DNA of 32,000 nucleotides from an uncultured Eikenella sp. (GTDB lineage Bacteria; Pseudomonadota; Gammaproteobacteria; Burkholderiales; Neisseriaceae): NCBI GenBank assembly GCA_963515595.1, contig CAUPYH010000010.1, positions 1,382 to 33,381 of the forward strand, read 5' to 3'. Shown piece by piece: positions 9,264 to 17,617 of this stretch (position 1 is its first letter; each line of letters starts with the position of its first letter). The notes under the pieces were generated by a model. It saw only the letters and a program-made list of their open reading frames with translations, ran no database searches and was not told where the DNA came from. The position numbers and the translations under genes were made by a program.

Positions 9264-10583
9264 TTACGGCAACACCCCGTTAGGCAACAGCAGCCAAACA
9301 TAGCCTGTCTGCTTCATGCGGCCGGCCACTCTACCCGCCTCATCGCCATAACCCCAAAAAAAGTCCACACGCACCGCACCGTTGATAGCACTGCCAGTGT
9401 CTTGCGCCATAATCAGGCGGTTGAGCGCATGGCCGGTTTCAGGATGTGCAGTGGCCAAAAACAGTGGTGCGCCCAAAGTGATGAAGCGTTTATCAACTGC
9501 GCCGGAATAACCGCCACTCAGCGGCACACCCAACGAACCAATCGGCCCGTCGTTGCCATCCGGCAGTTGGCGGAAAAATACATAACTGGGGTTTTGACCC
9601 AACACCTCAGCCAATTTCTCCGGATGTGCACGCAACCAATCACGGATTTTCGGCATACTGGTTTGCGCTAACGGCAAATAACCTTTATTGGCCATATAGC
9701 GGCCGATAGAAATATAGGGATGGTCGTTTTTATCGGCAAACCCCAGGCGGATATAGCGCCCGTCCGGCGTACGGATTCGGCCGGAGCCTTGGATATGCAG
9801 GAAAAACAACTCAACCGGATCATCGGCATAAGCCAACACCGGCGCACTGCCGTTTACCGCGCCGGCATTAATTTGCGCACGGGTGTAATAAGGCACGAAA
9901 CGGCTACCTGAAACCCGTCCTTTCAAAGATCGGCTTTTCTCACGACCAGGGAAATCAGCCAGATTGGCCGTGTATTCACCATTAGCGGCAATTTGGCCAC
10001 TGTTGCGGCCTGTGATTTGGATACGCACCATTCCTGATTGCGGCGCACCAGCCAACAGCACAGTAACCAAATCAGCGGGTAAGCCATAAATTGGGAAGCG
10101 CGCCTGCGACGTTTGCCGTGCGCTGCCGTGCAACACCGGCTCGTAGTAGCCGGTTATCGTGCCGCCCAACTGCCCATTGTGGCTCACTTCCCACGGCGTG
10201 AAATATTGCTCGAAAAACTGCCTAGCCGCCGCAGACTGACTGCCCGCTCTGTCGGCCTGGGCACACACATTCTGCCATTGCGGCTTGTTTTTCAAAGCAG
10301 TACAGCTTTTGCGAAACGCATTCAAGCTGGCCGCAAAATCCTGCTGCGGCCACTGCGGCAAAGCCGCAAACGACACCGCCTTATACCCTGCCGGGCTACC
10401 TGAAACCCGGTGCTGATAGCCTTCTGCATAACGCTGCCCGGGCGGCAAAGCCGGCATAGCACCGACACCGCCGCCGGAAGGCTTGGGCCGGCTATGGAAA
10501 AAACAGCCGCCCAGCAGTAATGCCGACAGCAGCAGCCAGCCGTTACGAGAAGAAAGAAATTTTCCTGCCATTTCCGTTTTCAT
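9264..10583 (-). CDS. mltA: membrane-bound lytic murein transglycosylase A
   Basis: 439 aa. It has a lipoprotein signal (LLLGGC), the MltA-type GYYEPVL motif and a C-terminal 3D-domain-like DTGSAINGAVRVDFFWGYG. Confidence 0.9.
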   Translation of the reverse strand: MKTEMAGKFLSSRNGWLLLSALLLGGCFFHSRPKPSGGGVGAMPALPPGQRYAEGYQHRVSGSPAGYKAVSFAALPQWPQQDFAASLNAFRKSCTALKNKPQWQNVCAQADRAGSQSAAARQFFEQYFTPWEVSHNGQLGGTITGYYEPVLHGSARQTSQARFPIYGLPADLVTVLLAGAPQSGMVRIQITGRNSGQIAANGEYTANLADFPGREKSRSLKGRVSGSRFVPYYTRAQINAGAVNGSAPVLAYADDPVELFFLHIQGSGRIRTPDGRYIRLGFADKNDHPYISIGRYMANKGYLPLAQTSMPKIRDWLRAHPEKLAEVLGQNPSYVFFRQLPDGNDGPIGSLGVPLSGGYSGAVDKRFITLGAPLFLATAHPETGHALNRLIMAQDTGSAINGAVRVDFFWGYGDEAGRVAGRMKQTGYVWLLLPNGVLP

Positions 10584-10820
10584 TCCATGAAGTTGAATTT
10601 ATACCGCTGAAAGAAATCGATAAATAATATATAAACATCGCTGCGCGCCCCGTGCCGCTTTAAGTGCATTCCGGCCAAATCCTGCCCGTTTACGGCGGCC
10701 GCAGGCACAAACGGGCAGGATTTAACCACCCGCCCAAGCCGTCGGGCAAATCATTTTACAAGCACAAACATTTCGCCCGCGGCCGCATCGGCTACAATAC
10801 CGCCTTTCGCCTTTCCATTT

Positions 10821-10832
10821 TTCAGGTAGCCT
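10821..10832 (-). repeat. DUS 3 nt upstream of the mutS ATG
   Basis: Exact 12-mer. Confidence 0.8.
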
Positions 10833-10835
10833 TTC

Positions 10836-13430
10836 ATGAGCCGCAAAAGCGCCGTATCCCCCATGATGCAGCAGTATCTCGACATTAAAGCCCAACACGC
10901 TGACAAACTCTTGTTCTACCGCATGGGCGACTTCTACGAGCTCTTCTTCACCGACGCCGAAGAAGCCGCCCGTCTGCTCGACATCACCCTCACCACCCGC
11001 GGCCAAATCAACGGCGAACCCATCAAAATGGCCGGCGTGCCGCACCATGCGGCCGAACAATACTTGGCCAAATTGGTCAAACTCGGCCGCAGCGTGGCCA
11101 TTTGCGAGCAAGTGGGCGAAGTAGGCGCCAATAAAGGCCCCGTAGCGCGCGAAGTGGTGCGCATCATTACCCCCGGCACGCTCACCGATGCCGCCCTGTT
11201 GGAAGACAAAGAAACCAACCGCATCGCCGCCGTGGCTTGGAACGGCAAGCCCAAACAGCCGGTCGGCCTTGCCTGGGCCTCCCTGCAAAGCGGCGAATTC
11301 AAAGCCAAAATCATCACCCCGGCCCAGCTGCCCGACGAACTTGCCCGCTTGCAGGCCGCCGAAGTATTGCTGCCCGACCAAGCCGCCGCCAAACTGAGGC
11401 TACCTGAAAACTGCAACCCCACCCGACTGCACGACTGGCAATTCGCCCCCGACAGCGCCCACACCCTGCTCACCGACTACTTCGGCTGCCAAGACCTGCT
11501 CGGCTTCGGTCTTCGAGCAGGCGAACACGACCCCGCCATCGGCGCCGCCGGCGCCCTGCTCAACTACATCCGCCACACCCAATCCCGCCTGCCGCGCCAC
11601 CTCGACAACCTCAGCCTCGAAACCGAACAGCAATACATCGGCATGGATGCCGCCACCCGCCGCAACCTCGAAATCACCGCCACCCTGTCCGGCAAAAAAG
11701 AGCCCACCCTCTTTTCCACCCTCGACCGCTGCGCCGGCAACATGGGCAGCCGCCTGCTCGCCCAATGGCTGCACAACCCCCTGCGCAACCGCGAACACAT
11801 CCGCGCCCGCCAAGAAGCCGTATCCGCCCTGCAAAGCGATTATTCCGCCCTGCAAGGCTACCTGAAAACCATCGCCGACATCGAACGCATCGCCGCCCGC
11901 ATCGCCGTAGGCTCCGCCCGCCCGCGCGACCTCTCCGGCCTGCGCGACAGCTTATTTACCCTCACCCGACTCAGGCTACCTGAAAGCAGCCTGCTCAACA
12001 CCCTAGCCGACATCTTCCCGCAAGGCACCGGCATTGCCGAGAAGCTGCAACAAGCCATCCTGCCCGAGCCCGCCGTGTGGCTGCGCGACGGCGGCGTAAT
12101 CAACCACGGCTTTTCCGCCGAGCTCGACGAATTGCGCCGCATCCAAAACCACGGCAGCGACTTCCTGCTCGAACTCGAAGCCCGCGAACGCGAGCGCACC
12201 GGCCTCTCCACCCTCAAAGTCGAATACAACCGCGTGCACGGCTTCTACATCGAGCTTTCCAAAATCCAAGCCGCCGAAGCCCCCGCCGACTACCAGCGCC
12301 GCCAAACCCTGAAAAACGCCGAACGCTTCATCACCCCCGAGCTCAAAACCTTCGAAGACAAAGTGCTCAACGCCCAAGAGCGCGCCCTCTCCCTCGAAAA
12401 ACGCCTCTACGACAGCCTATTGCAAGAGCTCCAGCAGCAACTGCCCCTGCTGCAGCGTACCGCCAAAGCCGCTGCCGCGCTGGACGTCCTCTGCTGCTTT
12501 GCCCACTTTGCCGCCGAACACGATTACCACGCCCCACAATTTACCGACTACCCCGGCATCGAAATCGACAACGGCCGCCATCCCGTGGTTGAAGGCCAAG
12601 TGCCGCACTTCACTCCCAACCACACCCGCCTCGACCACAAACACCGCCTCATGCTGCTCACCGGCCCCAATATGGGCGGCAAATCCACCTATATGCGCCA
12701 AGTTGCCCACATCGTTTTGCTCGCCCACACCGGCAGCTTCGTGCCCGCCGAAGCCGCCCGCATCGGCCAAATCGACCAAATCTTCACCCGCATCGGCGCC
12801 TCCGACGACCTCGCCGCCAACCGCTCCACCTTCATGGTGGAAATGAGCGAAACCGCCTACATCCTGCGCCACGCCACCGAGCAATCCCTAGTGCTCATGG
12901 ACGAAGTCGGCCGCGGCACCTCCACCTTCGACGGCCTCGCCCTCGCCCAAGCCGTGGCCGAACATTTAATCCAAAAAAACCAATCCTTCAGCCTGTTTGC
13001 CACCCACTATTTCGAGCTCACCCGCCTGCCCGAGCAGCACAGCGCCGCCGTCAATATGCACCTCTCTGCCCTGGAAGAAGGGCAAGACATCGTCTTCCTA
13101 CACCACATCGAGCCCGGCCCGGCCGAAAAAAGCTACGGCATCGCCGTGGCCAAACTCGCCGGCCTGCCCGCCCCCGCCCTCAAAGCCGCGCAGAAACACC
13201 TCAAACAGCTCGAAGCCCAAGCCGCCGCCCACCGCCCGCAGATGGACATGTTCAACCTGCCCGAAGAAGCCGCGCCCGAGCACAGCCCCGCCGAGCCCGC
13301 CCCGCCTGCCGCCCACCCCCTGCTGCAAGAGCTCGCCGCGCTGCACCCCGACGAACTCACCCCGCGCCAAGCCCTCGAGCTGCTGTATCAACTGCAAAAA
13401 CAGGCTGCCGCCGCGCAAGAGGCTACCTGA
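10836..13430 (+). CDS. mutS: DNA mismatch repair protein MutS
   Basis: 864 aa. The N-terminus is [13 protein letters not shown]...[12 protein letters not shown], Walker A is [13 protein letters not shown] and the ATPase region has STFMVEM / [14 protein letters not shown]. Confidence 0.97.
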   Translation: MSRKSAVSPMMQQYLDIKAQHADKLLFYRMGDFYELFFTDAEEAARLLDITLTTRGQINGEPIKMAGVPHHAAEQYLAKLVKLGRSVAICEQVGEVGANKGPVAREVVRIITPGTLTDAALLEDKETNRIAAVAWNGKPKQPVGLAWASLQSGEFKAKIITPAQLPDELARLQAAEVLLPDQAAAKLRLPENCNPTRLHDWQFAPDSAHTLLTDYFGCQDLLGFGLRAGEHDPAIGAAGALLNYIRHTQSRLPRHLDNLSLETEQQYIGMDAATRRNLEITATLSGKKEPTLFSTLDRCAGNMGSRLLAQWLHNPLRNREHIRARQEAVSALQSDYSALQGYLKTIADIERIAARIAVGSARPRDLSGLRDSLFTLTRLRLPESSLLNTLADIFPQGTGIAEKLQQAILPEPAVWLRDGGVINHGFSAELDELRRIQNHGSDFLLELEARERERTGLSTLKVEYNRVHGFYIELSKIQAAEAPADYQRRQTLKNAERFITPELKTFEDKVLNAQERALSLEKRLYDSLLQELQQQLPLLQRTAKAAAALDVLCCFAHFAAEHDYHAPQFTDYPGIEIDNGRHPVVEGQVPHFTPNHTRLDHKHRLMLLTGPNMGGKSTYMRQVAHIVLLAHTGSFVPAEAARIGQIDQIFTRIGASDDLAANRSTFMVEMSETAYILRHATEQSLVLMDEVGRGTSTFDGLALAQAVAEHLIQKNQSFSLFATHYFELTRLPEQHSAAVNMHLSALEEGQDIVFLHHIEPGPAEKSYGIAVAKLAGLPAPALKAAQKHLKQLEAQAAAHRPQMDMFNLPEEAAPEHSPAEPAPPAAHPLLQELAALHPDELTPRQALELLYQLQKQAAAAQEAT
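11397..11408 (+). repeat. DUS inside mutS (encodes RLPE)
   Basis: Exact 12-mer. Confidence 0.8.
11855..11866 (+). repeat. DUS inside mutS (encodes GYLK)
   Basis: Exact 12-mer. Confidence 0.8.
11973..11984 (+). repeat. DUS inside mutS (encodes RLPE)
   Basis: Exact 12-mer. Confidence 0.8.
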
Positions 13431-13431
13431 A
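13420..13431 (+). repeat. DUS containing the mutS TGA stop codon
   Basis: Exact 12-mer. The stop codon is at 13428-13430. Confidence 0.8.
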
Positions 13432-13548
13432 AGCAAAGCTTCAACGACATTCAAACGTAGCACCGCACAATTTCTGCAGAACTAAAAGCAGAACCTCGAT
13501 GTAGGTAAAATGCAAACTAGAACGTAGCTAGGAACAGCCTTACCATTT

Positions 13549-13610
13549 TTCAGGTAGCCTCAAACTGCGAAAGGCTACCTGAAACTGCCTGTATCGGTTT
13601 CAGGTAGCCT
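13549..13610. terminator. DUS triplet (alternating orientation), possible terminator after mutS
   Basis: Exact DUS at 13549-13560 (-), 13572-13583 (+) and 13599-13610 (-). Confidence 0.45.
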
Positions 13611-13731
13611 GAACGCTATGCGCTGCCAAGAACGTAATAATTTGTACATTCCCAGTAAAACTGCGACAATACAACCGTTTTCGAACACGAAAGCCCTCAG
13701 TGTCAATTTAACAATCGTAAGGACTTTAACT

Positions 13732-14187
13732 ATGAAACAACGCTTACTCGCTTTAGCCCTCATTTCCGTATTGGCAGCCTGCGGCGGCCAAACCAACAGT
13801 TCTGCTCCGGCTCAATCCACCGCAGCCAGCGGCGCACAACCCGCTGCTACCGCACCTGCTCTTGATTCTGTATTGGCCGAACCCAAAGTAGGCGACCTCT
13901 ACGCCGCAAAACTCAGCTCATTCTCCGATCAAGGTTTCGGTCAAAACGGCAAAGAGCAATCCGTGGCCTACGGCCTGATGAAAGTGGTGGAAGTACAATC
14001 CAACCACATCATCGTAATCACCGAAGATGCCGCCTGGGAAGTGCCTGAAGGCGCCAAACAAGACCTGAACGGCGACCTCTCCAACATCACTTGGGACGAA
14101 TCCGAGCGCATCCAAATCAAACGCGACGAACTGCCCCAGATGGTTGCCGACGGCCGCATCGTAGAAACCCGCCGCCTCGACAAATAA
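13732..14187 (+). CDS. hypothetical lipoprotein
   Basis: I placed the start at the ATG 13732, giving MKQRLLALALISVLAAC with an LAAC lipobox. The ORF-track start at 13618 would cross DUS repeats. Confidence 0.75.
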   Translation: MKQRLLALALISVLAACGGQTNSSAPAQSTAASGAQPAATAPALDSVLAEPKVGDLYAAKLSSFSDQGFGQNGKEQSVAYGLMKVVEVQSNHIIVITEDAAWEVPEGAKQDLNGDLSNITWDESERIQIKRDELPQMVADGRIVETRRLDK

Positions 14188-14208
14188 TCTGCGCTGCATG
14201 CTATACAA

Positions 14209-14236
14209 AGGCTACCTGAAAACTTTCAGGTAGCCT
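14209..14236. terminator. inverted DUS pair, terminator-like hairpin after the lipoprotein gene
   Basis: Exact DUS at 14209-14220 (+) and 14225-14236 (-), giving a 12-bp stem with a 4-nt loop. It lies 33 nt left of the prophage core copy a. Confidence 0.55.
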
Positions 14237-14268
14237 TATATATTTCGCGCCGTCGGGGGCTAGTCCTG

Positions 14269-14280
14269 ACGGTATCTTTG
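14269..14280 (+). repeat. core repeat copy a (left prophage junction), ACGGTATCTTTG
   Basis: The 11-nt core is identical to 22335-22345 and 23432-23442. Rightward similarity to copy c continues with indels (GCCAGACA..ATAAGG versus GTCCACAGACA..ATAAGG). Confidence 0.6.
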
Positions 14281-14353
14281 CCAGACAGGCATTATTCACA
14301 TCATAAGGCTGGACTAGCTCTCTTTGATTAAGCTAACTCAAAGGAGCTTTTTT

Positions 14354-14644
14354 ATGTCTTATCAATTACCTACCTATCCAAACATCACCGCCTACTTAGG
14401 CCAGCAATCAGGCGATCTCTTCTGTGAACTCGCCATCAAACTGAACATCGAATCAGATCGCAGCTTCATTCTTTTCGAACACATCATCGAATCAGATCAC
14501 CTTTCAGCCGACAGCGTGCGCCGGTTACTCGACACCTATGTCAGATTCGTCATTGACGCCATCGAATTACAAATTCCCTTTTTTCGTAACGTATCAGAAA
14601 CCGAGTTCGAGCAAGTCGTTCCCGGATTCGAAATGGTGGCGTAA
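14354..14644 (+). CDS. phage hypothetical protein
   Basis: 96 aa from the ATG 14354, preceded by an AAAGGAG RBS. The stop abuts the rep start (TAAATG). Confidence 0.55.
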   Translation: MSYQLPTYPNITAYLGQQSGDLFCELAIKLNIESDRSFILFEHIIESDHLSADSVRRLLDTYVRFVIDAIELQIPFFRNVSETEFEQVVPGFEMVA

Positions 14645-16036
14645 ATGGCTAAGAAGCATAAAAAACGCGTACCGGATTACTCCGAAATTCGGCATGCCGA
14701 AGAAGCGGCGAAGATGAAGCCGGCTGCGGCGGCGGATGGCCGCCCTGCGGCCGCCGCCGGAGCGGCCGGCGACAATCGCCCCCCTAGGCTAACAGGGGGG
14801 GAGCAAAAAACCCAAAGACCATTAGCGGGGGAGCAAAAAATCGACTGGGCGGCCTATCAGGAAAGCGAATACTTTAAAACCTTCGTGACCAACCAGCGCG
14901 GCAAGCTCATAGAAATTCCATTACGCAAAGGCCGTGAAGATGGCGCCCTAATCGACTATCTGACTTTCACTTTCAGAAGAGAAAGCCTGATTGAATATTT
15001 CAAGAATCGCATTATCGGCGATAACGAATACATCGTGGTTGCCAGCGAAATGTTACAAAAAATCTTTGGCTACGGTCTGACCAAAAAAATGCCAGGCAAA
15101 GGCAAGTTTTTCTATCAAGGCTATTACCAAGTCGGCCCCGATAACGCCCCATATGGCACCCTGCATTACGGTGGCCAGCGCGATACCGTCCTAGTCGATT
15201 TGACAGGCACCGGTTGCCAAGCCGCAAAGCCCGGCTGGGAAGTCCGTCTTTATCAGTTTTTGCAGGTAGCCATTAACGCCCGTATTACCCGTTGCGACGT
15301 CGCCCATGATTTTTTCAACGGCGAATACACCCCGGATCAAGGCATTTCCGATCATGCAAAGGGTTTGTACGACAACCATAACATTCGCCCCAAAATCGAA
15401 CGCCGCGGCACGGCATGGATGAACGAGGACAACACCGGCAAAACCCTTTACATAGGTCGCAAAGGTTCTTCCAAGCTGCTGCGTATTTATGAAAAAGGCA
15501 AAAAGTTCGGCGATGAAAACAGCCCGTGGGTTCGCTTCGAAGTCGAATTCAGAAAACACGATTGCCTGATACCCATAGATATTTTGCTGTATCCCGGGCA
15601 ATACCTGACCGGCGCATTTCCGATTGGCGAGCAACTATTTACCACTCCGGCCAGCCGTATAGAAACCAAAACCCAAACTGTGAACCTCTCATTTGACCAA
15701 AAAGAATTTCACGCAAAAAACCAAGTAGGCCGCTTCGTTCGTTTTCTAGTCGATATAGGGCTACCTGATAAAGAAATCGTCAAAAGATTGTGTGGCGAAG
15801 AAAACAAATATCCGAAAGGTTTAGATCCTTCCGAATACGATTGCGAAGCAATCAAAACTTATTACCTACATGACGAAGGCTTCAAACCATTGGATATAGA
15901 CCAATTCAAAATGACTTTGGATAACTATTTTTTAGATGATGTTTATGAAGATAGATTGAGTAATGCTCATAGAGTCGCAGAAACATTAGTAAATCAGCAA
16001 GACTACGAATACTTTTTAATTCAAGAAAGGAATTAA
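14645..16036 (+). CDS. rolling-circle replication initiation protein (Rep_trans / RstA-like)
   Basis: 463 aa. The ITRCDVAHDF and TLYIGRKGSSKLLRIYEKGKK...WVRFEVEFRK motifs are typical of the Rep_trans family used by filamentous phages. The N-terminal ~70 aa are low-complexity A/P/G-rich. Confidence 0.85.
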   Translation: MAKKHKKRVPDYSEIRHAEEAAKMKPAAAADGRPAAAAGAAGDNRPPRLTGGEQKTQRPLAGEQKIDWAAYQESEYFKTFVTNQRGKLIEIPLRKGREDGALIDYLTFTFRRESLIEYFKNRIIGDNEYIVVASEMLQKIFGYGLTKKMPGKGKFFYQGYYQVGPDNAPYGTLHYGGQRDTVLVDLTGTGCQAAKPGWEVRLYQFLQVAINARITRCDVAHDFFNGEYTPDQGISDHAKGLYDNHNIRPKIERRGTAWMNEDNTGKTLYIGRKGSSKLLRIYEKGKKFGDENSPWVRFEVEFRKHDCLIPIDILLYPGQYLTGAFPIGEQLFTTPASRIETKTQTVNLSFDQKEFHAKNQVGRFVRFLVDIGLPDKEIVKRLCGEENKYPKGLDPSEYDCEAIKTYYLHDEGFKPLDIDQFKMTLDNYFLDDVYEDRLSNAHRVAETLVNQQDYEYFLIQERN

Positions 16037-16039
16037 CAA

Positions 16040-16360
16040 ATGGATTTCAGCAAATTACAACAGCCCCTTTTCGAACGCGCCATCATCATGGGCGTAACCC
16101 GTTTTAAAGGCGAAATTGACGGCAGTGAAATTGATTCATGCACCGTTTTCCGTGCTGCTCCCTTCAATGATGCCAGCGGCAATGCAATGGGTCTTGGCCT
16201 GGCTAAAGTTCGTTTCGGCAGCAGCAGCAACTTTGACCGTTTTGCCGGTCTGACCTTCCCTTGTGAGCTGGAAATTCAGCTTGCCCGCGTAACCAACGGC
16301 AGCGGCAAAGAAACCGTCGTTATGAAAGACTTCCGACCGGTTGCCGAAGCCAAAAAATAG
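16040..16360 (+). CDS. phage protein, positional candidate for the ssDNA-binding protein (pV-like)
   Basis: 106 aa, directly after rep, with an AAGGAA RBS. Size and position fit pV. I recognise no diagnostic motif. Confidence 0.5.
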   Translation: MDFSKLQQPLFERAIIMGVTRFKGEIDGSEIDSCTVFRAAPFNDASGNAMGLGLAKVRFGSSSNFDRFAGLTFPCELEIQLARVTNGSGKETVVMKDFRPVAEAKK

Positions 16361-16373
16361 AAAGGCGTAAGCC

Positions 16374-16589
16374 ATGGAAGAACGCTACATCGTGCAGGAT
16401 TTGGACACTTTCGAATTCCTGTACCCGGAAAGAACGGGCGGCATAGGCTTAACGCCCTATCTCAAGTTGGCCGGGCATTTCTCAACCCGTGCCGATGCAA
16501 TGGAAGCCGGAATAGACGAACTCGGTTCAGAGTTTGCCGTTTTCGCCTTCTTCGTACCGCAAGAATCGAACAAAGAAACCAAGCAGTAA
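16374..16589 (+). CDS. phage hypothetical protein
   Basis: 71-aa ORF, co-oriented and closely spaced with its neighbours. Confidence 0.5.
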   Translation: MEERYIVQDLDTFEFLYPERTGGIGLTPYLKLAGHFSTRADAMEAGIDELGSEFAVFAFFVPQESNKETKQ

Positions 16590-16666
16590 ACGGCTTTCTG
16601 TCGTTGCCGGGCGGCCAGCGACATTAAACCTTTGAGAAGCCGCCCACTAATTTTTTGGAAGCAGAA

Positions 16667-16792
16667 ATGTTAACCGGTATTGCACACATCATCGTTCCGC
16701 TGATTAGAGAGCAGGGGTTCATTGATATGCTGATTCAATATATGGGAGTCATATTGGGAGTAATTTTTCTTTTTTTTGTTTTGAAGCATTAA
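16667..16792 (+). CDS. small hydrophobic phage protein (pVII/pIX-size candidate)
   Basis: Hand-translated 41 aa: MLTGIAHIIVPLIREQGFIDMLIQYMGVILGVIFLFFVLKH. It is below the ORF-track cutoff and has a hydrophobic C-terminus. Confidence 0.35.
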   Translation: MLTGIAHIIVPLIREQGFIDMLIQYMGVILGVIFLFFVLKH

Positions 16793-16854
16793 CGTTATCC
16801 GGTAAGTAACTGAAAAATCTTTCACGATCCATTAATTTTTCGAGAGGAGTAAAA

Positions 16855-17004
16855 ATGCCATTTTATAGTTATGAAGAATTTGAAGAAGCCGTTGGAGAAA
16901 TCGACGATGATGAAATGGTAGATGATTTCCATACTTGGGAAGAGCTTCAGGAAGAGTATCCGGATGGCGTATTTGACGAAGATGCCGAATTTATCCCGTT
17001 CTGA
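16855..17004 (+). CDS. hyperacidic 49-aa phage protein with an SSB-tail-like C-terminus
   Basis: Hand-translated: MPFYSYEEFEEAVGEIDDDEMVDDFHTWEELQEEYPDGVFDEDAEFIPF. It has 20 D/E and no K/R. A strong GAGGAG RBS lies 5 nt upstream. It is below the ORF-track cutoff. Confidence 0.5.
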   Translation: MPFYSYEEFEEAVGEIDDDEMVDDFHTWEELQEEYPDGVFDEDAEFIPF

Positions 17005-17083
17005 TTGTTTTTAAGAAATTAACGCTATCCGGGCGGCGTTAATCAAGTCAATGCCCGATTAAAACTTTTTAAAGGAGAACGTT

Positions 17084-17293
17084 ATGTTCAAAAACAAATT
17101 GGCCGCTCTGGCCGTTATGTCCTCTGCCTTCATCGCCACCAACTCTTACGCTGGTGCGGTAGCTGACGCAGTAACTACAGCGACAACCGATTTTAAAGCT
17201 GACTTGGCGGCCGTTGGTGGTATCGCTGTGTCTATTGGCCTGATCGGTATCGCCTTCATTGCCGGTATCCGTTTGATCAAACGCGCGGTGTAA
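17084..17293 (+). CDS. major coat protein (pVIII-like)
   Basis: 69 aa. It has a signal peptide ending SYA-GA, an acidic/neutral N-terminal segment, a hydrophobic core (GGIAVSIGLIGIAFIAGI) and a basic C-terminus (RLIKRAV). An AAAGGAG RBS precedes it. Confidence 0.85.
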   Translation: MFKNKLAALAVMSSAFIATNSYAGAVADAVTTATTDFKADLAAVGGIAVSIGLIGIAFIAGIRLIKRAV

Positions 17294-17311
17294 AGAGTAA
17301 AGGCAGGCATC

Positions 17312-17617
17312 ATGGAAGGCTATTTGGCAGGAGGTCAATGCTTCGGCTCTGTGCAGGAAGCGTCCGATTACAAAATGTCCCAAGTGGTGCCCGCCATTAC
17401 CGCGGATGGAAGTTTAAAAACGCCCGTTTATCAAAACGGAAAGTGGTATTACGGTTCGCAGGAAGTCAAGCTCACTTTCCCGCCGTGCGATCCGGCCGCC
17501 TACGTTACAGATGGCGCCCTAGTCGCTTCAGTCGCCATATCAGTTGCCGCTTTCGCCTTCGTTATCCGTTGGACAATCCGCGTATTCCAGCAAACCAATG
17601 AAGATCCCGAAAAATGA
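17312..17617 (+). CDS. phage membrane protein (minor coat candidate)
   Basis: 101 aa with a C-terminal TM helix (ALVASVAISVAAFAFVI). Its stop overlaps the next start (ATGA). Confidence 0.6.
   Translation: MEGYLAGGQCFGSVQEASDYKMSQVVPAITADGSLKTPVYQNGKWYYGSQEVKLTFPPCDPAAYVTDGALVASVAISVAAFAFVIRWTIRVFQQTNEDPEK

Noticed and set aside
13618-13731. An upstream start for the lipoprotein ORF, and the antisense 73-aa ORF at 13575-13796.
   Set aside because: The ORF-track start at 13618 lies only 8 nt beyond the DUS triplet (13549-13610). The ATG at 13732 gives a clean lipoprotein signal peptide with a lipobox.
14250-14272. The short inverted repeat CCGTC-N13-GACGG at the left junction, considered as a dRS3-like target repeat by analogy with Neisseria Nf phage targets.
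   Set aside because: It is only a 5-bp stem, it has no counterpart at the right junction, and it does not resemble the ATTCCC-N8-GGGAAT structure. The 11-nt direct core is the stronger signal.
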